DNA from: Mobula hypostoma
Taxonomy: Eukaryota
Assembly (NCBI RefSeq): GCF_963921235.1
Contig: NC_086107.1
Span: forward strand, 112,346,001 to 112,410,000
Direction: 5' to 3'
DNA: 64,000 nt
In this document: positions 60,816-64,000 of the stretch, piece by piece
How the letters are laid out: every line of letters begins with the position of its first letter
Position numbering within the stretch: the stretch's first letter is position 1
Position numbers and translations under genes: made by a program
Notes under the pieces: model-generated
The model's input: the letters and a program-made list of their open reading frames with translations, nothing else
The model's database searches: none
What the model was told of the DNA's origin: nothing

Positions 60816-63030
60816 TCAAAGTTCCAAGTAAATCTATTACCGATGGTCATACATGCCACCATTTACAACCCTGCGCTGCATTTTCTTGTGGGCATACTCA
60901 ATAAATCCATACAATAATGACTAATATAGCATTAAAGAAAGGCCACACCAACTGGGCATTAAAACAGATTATTATCTGAATGGTGGCCGATTAGGAAAAG
61001 GGGAGGTGCAACGAGACCTGGGTGTCATTATACACCAGTCATTGAAAGTGGGCATGCAGGTACAGCAGGCGGTGAAAAAGGCGAATGGTATGCTGGCATT
61101 TATAGCAAGAGGATTCGAGTACAGGAGCAGGGAGGTACTACTGCAGTTGTACAAGGCCTTGGTGAGACCACACCTGGAGTATTGTGTGCAGTTTTGGTCC
61201 CCTAATCTGAGGAAAGACATCCTTGCCATAGAGGGAGTACAAAGAAGGTTCACCAGATTGATTCCTGGGATGGCAGGACTTTCATATGATGAAAGACTGG
61301 ATGAACTAGGCTTATACTCGTTGGATTTTAGAAGATTGAGGGGGGATCTGATTGAAATGTATGAAATCCTAAAGGGATTGGACAGGCTAGATGCAGGAAG
61401 ATTGTTCCCGATGTTGGGGAAGTCCAGAACGAGGGATCACAGTTTGAGGATAAAGGGGAAGCCTTTTAGGAACGAGATTAGGAAAAACTTCTTCACACAG
61501 AGAGTGGTGAATCTGTGGAATTCTCTGCCACAGGAAACAGTTGAGGCCAGTTCATTGGCTATATTTAAGAGGGAGTTAGATATGGCCCTTGTGGCTAAAA
61601 GGATCAGGGGGTATGGAGAGAAGGCAGGTACAGGGTTCTGAGTTGGATGATCAGCCATGATCATACTGAATGGCGGTGCAGGCTCGAAGGGCCAAATGGC
61701 CTACTCCTGCACCTATTTTCTATGTTTCTATGTTTCTAAACCAGTGTGAAGAAGAGAACAAACTGTGCAAATATACAGTAAAAAGAAAGAAATAATAATA
61801 ATAAATAAATAAACAATAAATCTCGAGAACATAAGATGAAGGGTCCTTGAAAGTGACTCCATAGGTTATGGGAACACTTCAATGATGGGATGAGTGAAGT
61901 TAGTGAAGTTCAGGAGCCTCTGGTTCAAGATCCTGATGGTTGGATGGGAGTAACAGTTGCTGAACCTGGTGGTGCGAATCCTGAGGCTCCTGTACCTTCT
62001 ACTTGATGGCAGCAGCGAGAAGAGAGCATGGCCTGGGTGGTGGGGATCTCTGATGGTGGATGCTGCTTTCCTGAAACAGCGTTTTGTGGAGACGTGCTCA
62101 GTGGTGGGGAGGGCTTTACCCATGATGGACTGGGTCTGATCCACAAATTTTTTTGTAGGATTTTTCATTCAAGTGCATCGGCATTTCCATACCAGTCCCT
62201 GATGCTGCCAGTCAATATATTATGGAAGTCTGTCAGAGTTTTAGATGTCATGCAAACTCCAAAGGAAGTAGAGGCTGTGCTGTGCTTTTTTTTTTGTAAT
62301 TGCACTCACATCCTGGGCCCAGAACAGCTCCTCTAAAATAATAAGGAATTTAAAGTTACTGACCCTCTCCATTTCTGATCCTCCAGTGAGGACAGGCTGA
62401 TGAATCTCTGGTTTCTGCTTTCTGAAGTCCATGATCAGCTCCTTGGTCTTGCTGACATTGAGTGAGAAGCTGTCGTTGTGGCACCACTGAGCCAGATTTT
62501 CCATCTCCCTCGTATATGCTGATGTGTCACCACCTTTAATTCGGCCTACAGCAGTGGTGTCTTAGCAAACTTGAAGTTGGCGTTGGAGCTCTGCTTAGCC
62601 TCGCAGTCATAACTGCGCAGCGAGCGGAGCGGGGCCCTGTGGGGCACCTGTGCTGATGGAGATCATGGAGGGGACGTTGTTGCCAATCCGAATTGACCGG
62701 TGTCCGCAAGCAAGAAGATCAAGGATCCACCTGCGCAAGGAGGTCTTGAGACCAAGGTTTTGGAGTTTATTAATTTGTTTTGACGGGATGATGGTGCTGA
62801 ATGCGGAGCTGTAGTCAATGAGGAGCATCTTGGCGTGTGCGTCTTTGCTCTCCAGTTGTCTCAGAGTTGAGTGAAGAGCCAATGAAGTGTCAGCTGCTGT
62901 TGACCTGTTGCTCCAGCGGGCAAATTGGAACGGATCCAAGTCGCTTCTCAGGCAGGAGTTGCTATGTCTCATCACCAACCTCTCAAAACACTTCATCACT
63001 GTGGATGCAAGTGCCACTGGATGATAGCCA
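60815..63030 (-). mobile_element. Rex1/Babar LINE (RT through 3'UTR), split by a CR1
   Basis: ALASTVMKCFERLV..LDPFQFA..IDYSSAFSTI..TGAPQG; LNVSKTKELIMDFRK; HPGHALFSLLPS. Confidence 0.9.
60965..61738 (+). mobile_element. CR1 3' fragment
   Basis: ORF 61006-61641; (TTTCTATG)n tail; sits within the Rex 3'UTR. Confidence 0.93.
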
Positions 63031-63244
63031 TGAACTTATTTTGAACTTTGAGTTTCTGGATCAGGTGTGGGAGTGGGTGTCACTTCCAGGGTGTTTGATG
63101 GAAGTGGGAGACCTTTGAATTCTCTCACAGTCCCTCTTGACTGAGAAGTGCAGTGCTGAAAACCATCAGCAGCTAAAGCAAAACCGAAGCCATGTGATCA
63201 GTGAGAAAAGGAACAGTTCCAATGTGTACTTTTGGTTTTGTTTT

Positions 63245-63464
63245 TAGATTCATTTATTTATCACATGTGCATTGAAACAATCAGTGAAATGCATCATTTG
63301 CGTTAACAACCATCACAACTTAAGGATGTGCTGGGGGCAGCCCGGAATTGTCTCCAAAGAAGCCCGTGTCAACATAGTATACCCACCATGTTCAGCAGAA
63401 TTACGCAAGCAATAACAATGGAACAACAGCAAACCTAACCCTATTCCTCCCTTCCTCTTCCCCA

Positions 63465-63506
<42 letters not shown>

Positions 63507-63960
63507 CTCCAGCCCCAGGACAGGCCATCTTCGGCCTCGGGCCTCTAGCAGACTCGGGCTCACAGACATTGCGCTTTCACTACTCCCAGAGTTCTGGCCC
63601 ATCGGGCCTCAACTTCTGGACTTCCGATCGACCTTAGGTTTTGACCCAGGACTCGCCAGTGACACCAGATAAGGACCCTGCATAAGGAACCCGAATTCCA
63701 GACTCTCCGATGACTAGCACCCCGAACACTAAACCTCAAACATGGGTCTCCGCCGGGCTCACTGTCGCTTGTGCCACCAGCCTGCACAGAACTCCGAACC
63801 CGGAACCCACGATGACTCACTGACCAAAGAATACCACCAGCCCTCGTCCTCGCTGGTCTGCCAGCCCAGCCTCCCTCCACGGATGCCCTTCGCCACACGT
63901 CCACATCGCTGGACCTCAAACACAGAGCAGAGGCTTAGACTTTGGGCACATCTCTAAATG
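63245..63960 (-). mobile_element. Unclassified non-autonomous retroelement related to 2690-3195
   Basis: Shares cagtgaaatgcatc..ttaacaacc..aaggatgtgctggg..gttcagcagaa with 2700-2845. Confidence 0.55.
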
Positions 63961-64000
63961 CCTCACATCCCTATCCCTAATCTCTAATCTGACCAATAAC

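Overview
This is eukaryotic (vertebrate) genomic DNA. By inference from the repeat repertoire it is most likely a cartilaginous fish such as a ray. The window is almost entirely nested transposable-element debris, and I cannot identify any host protein-coding gene. Recognisable components: (1) many 5'-truncated CR1 LINEs plus one 3.4-kb CR1 with ORF1 esterase and ORF2 APE/RT (44.6-47.9 kb, -); (2) Rex1/Babar, L2 and RTE fragments; (3) Penelope-like elements with a GIY-YIG domain, inverted pseudo-LTRs and minimal hammerhead ribozyme cores; (4) a decayed twister ribozyme in an RTE 5' end; (5) a degenerate class I endogenous retrovirus (RNase H, integrase, env; 13.6-17.1 kb, -) whose env joins a signal peptide directly to the TM ectodomain; (6) two solo LTRs; (7) four copies of a three-TIR Tc1 derivative; (8) several tRNA-derived SINE families; (9) a tRNA-Ser(GCT)-derived gene with a GTT anticodon; (10) a 1.9-kb 29-bp minisatellite with higher-order structure; (11) a complex direct-plus-inverted local duplication at 54-58 kb. 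Family names come from recognising motifs by eye, not from database searches, and boundaries of old repeats are approximate.
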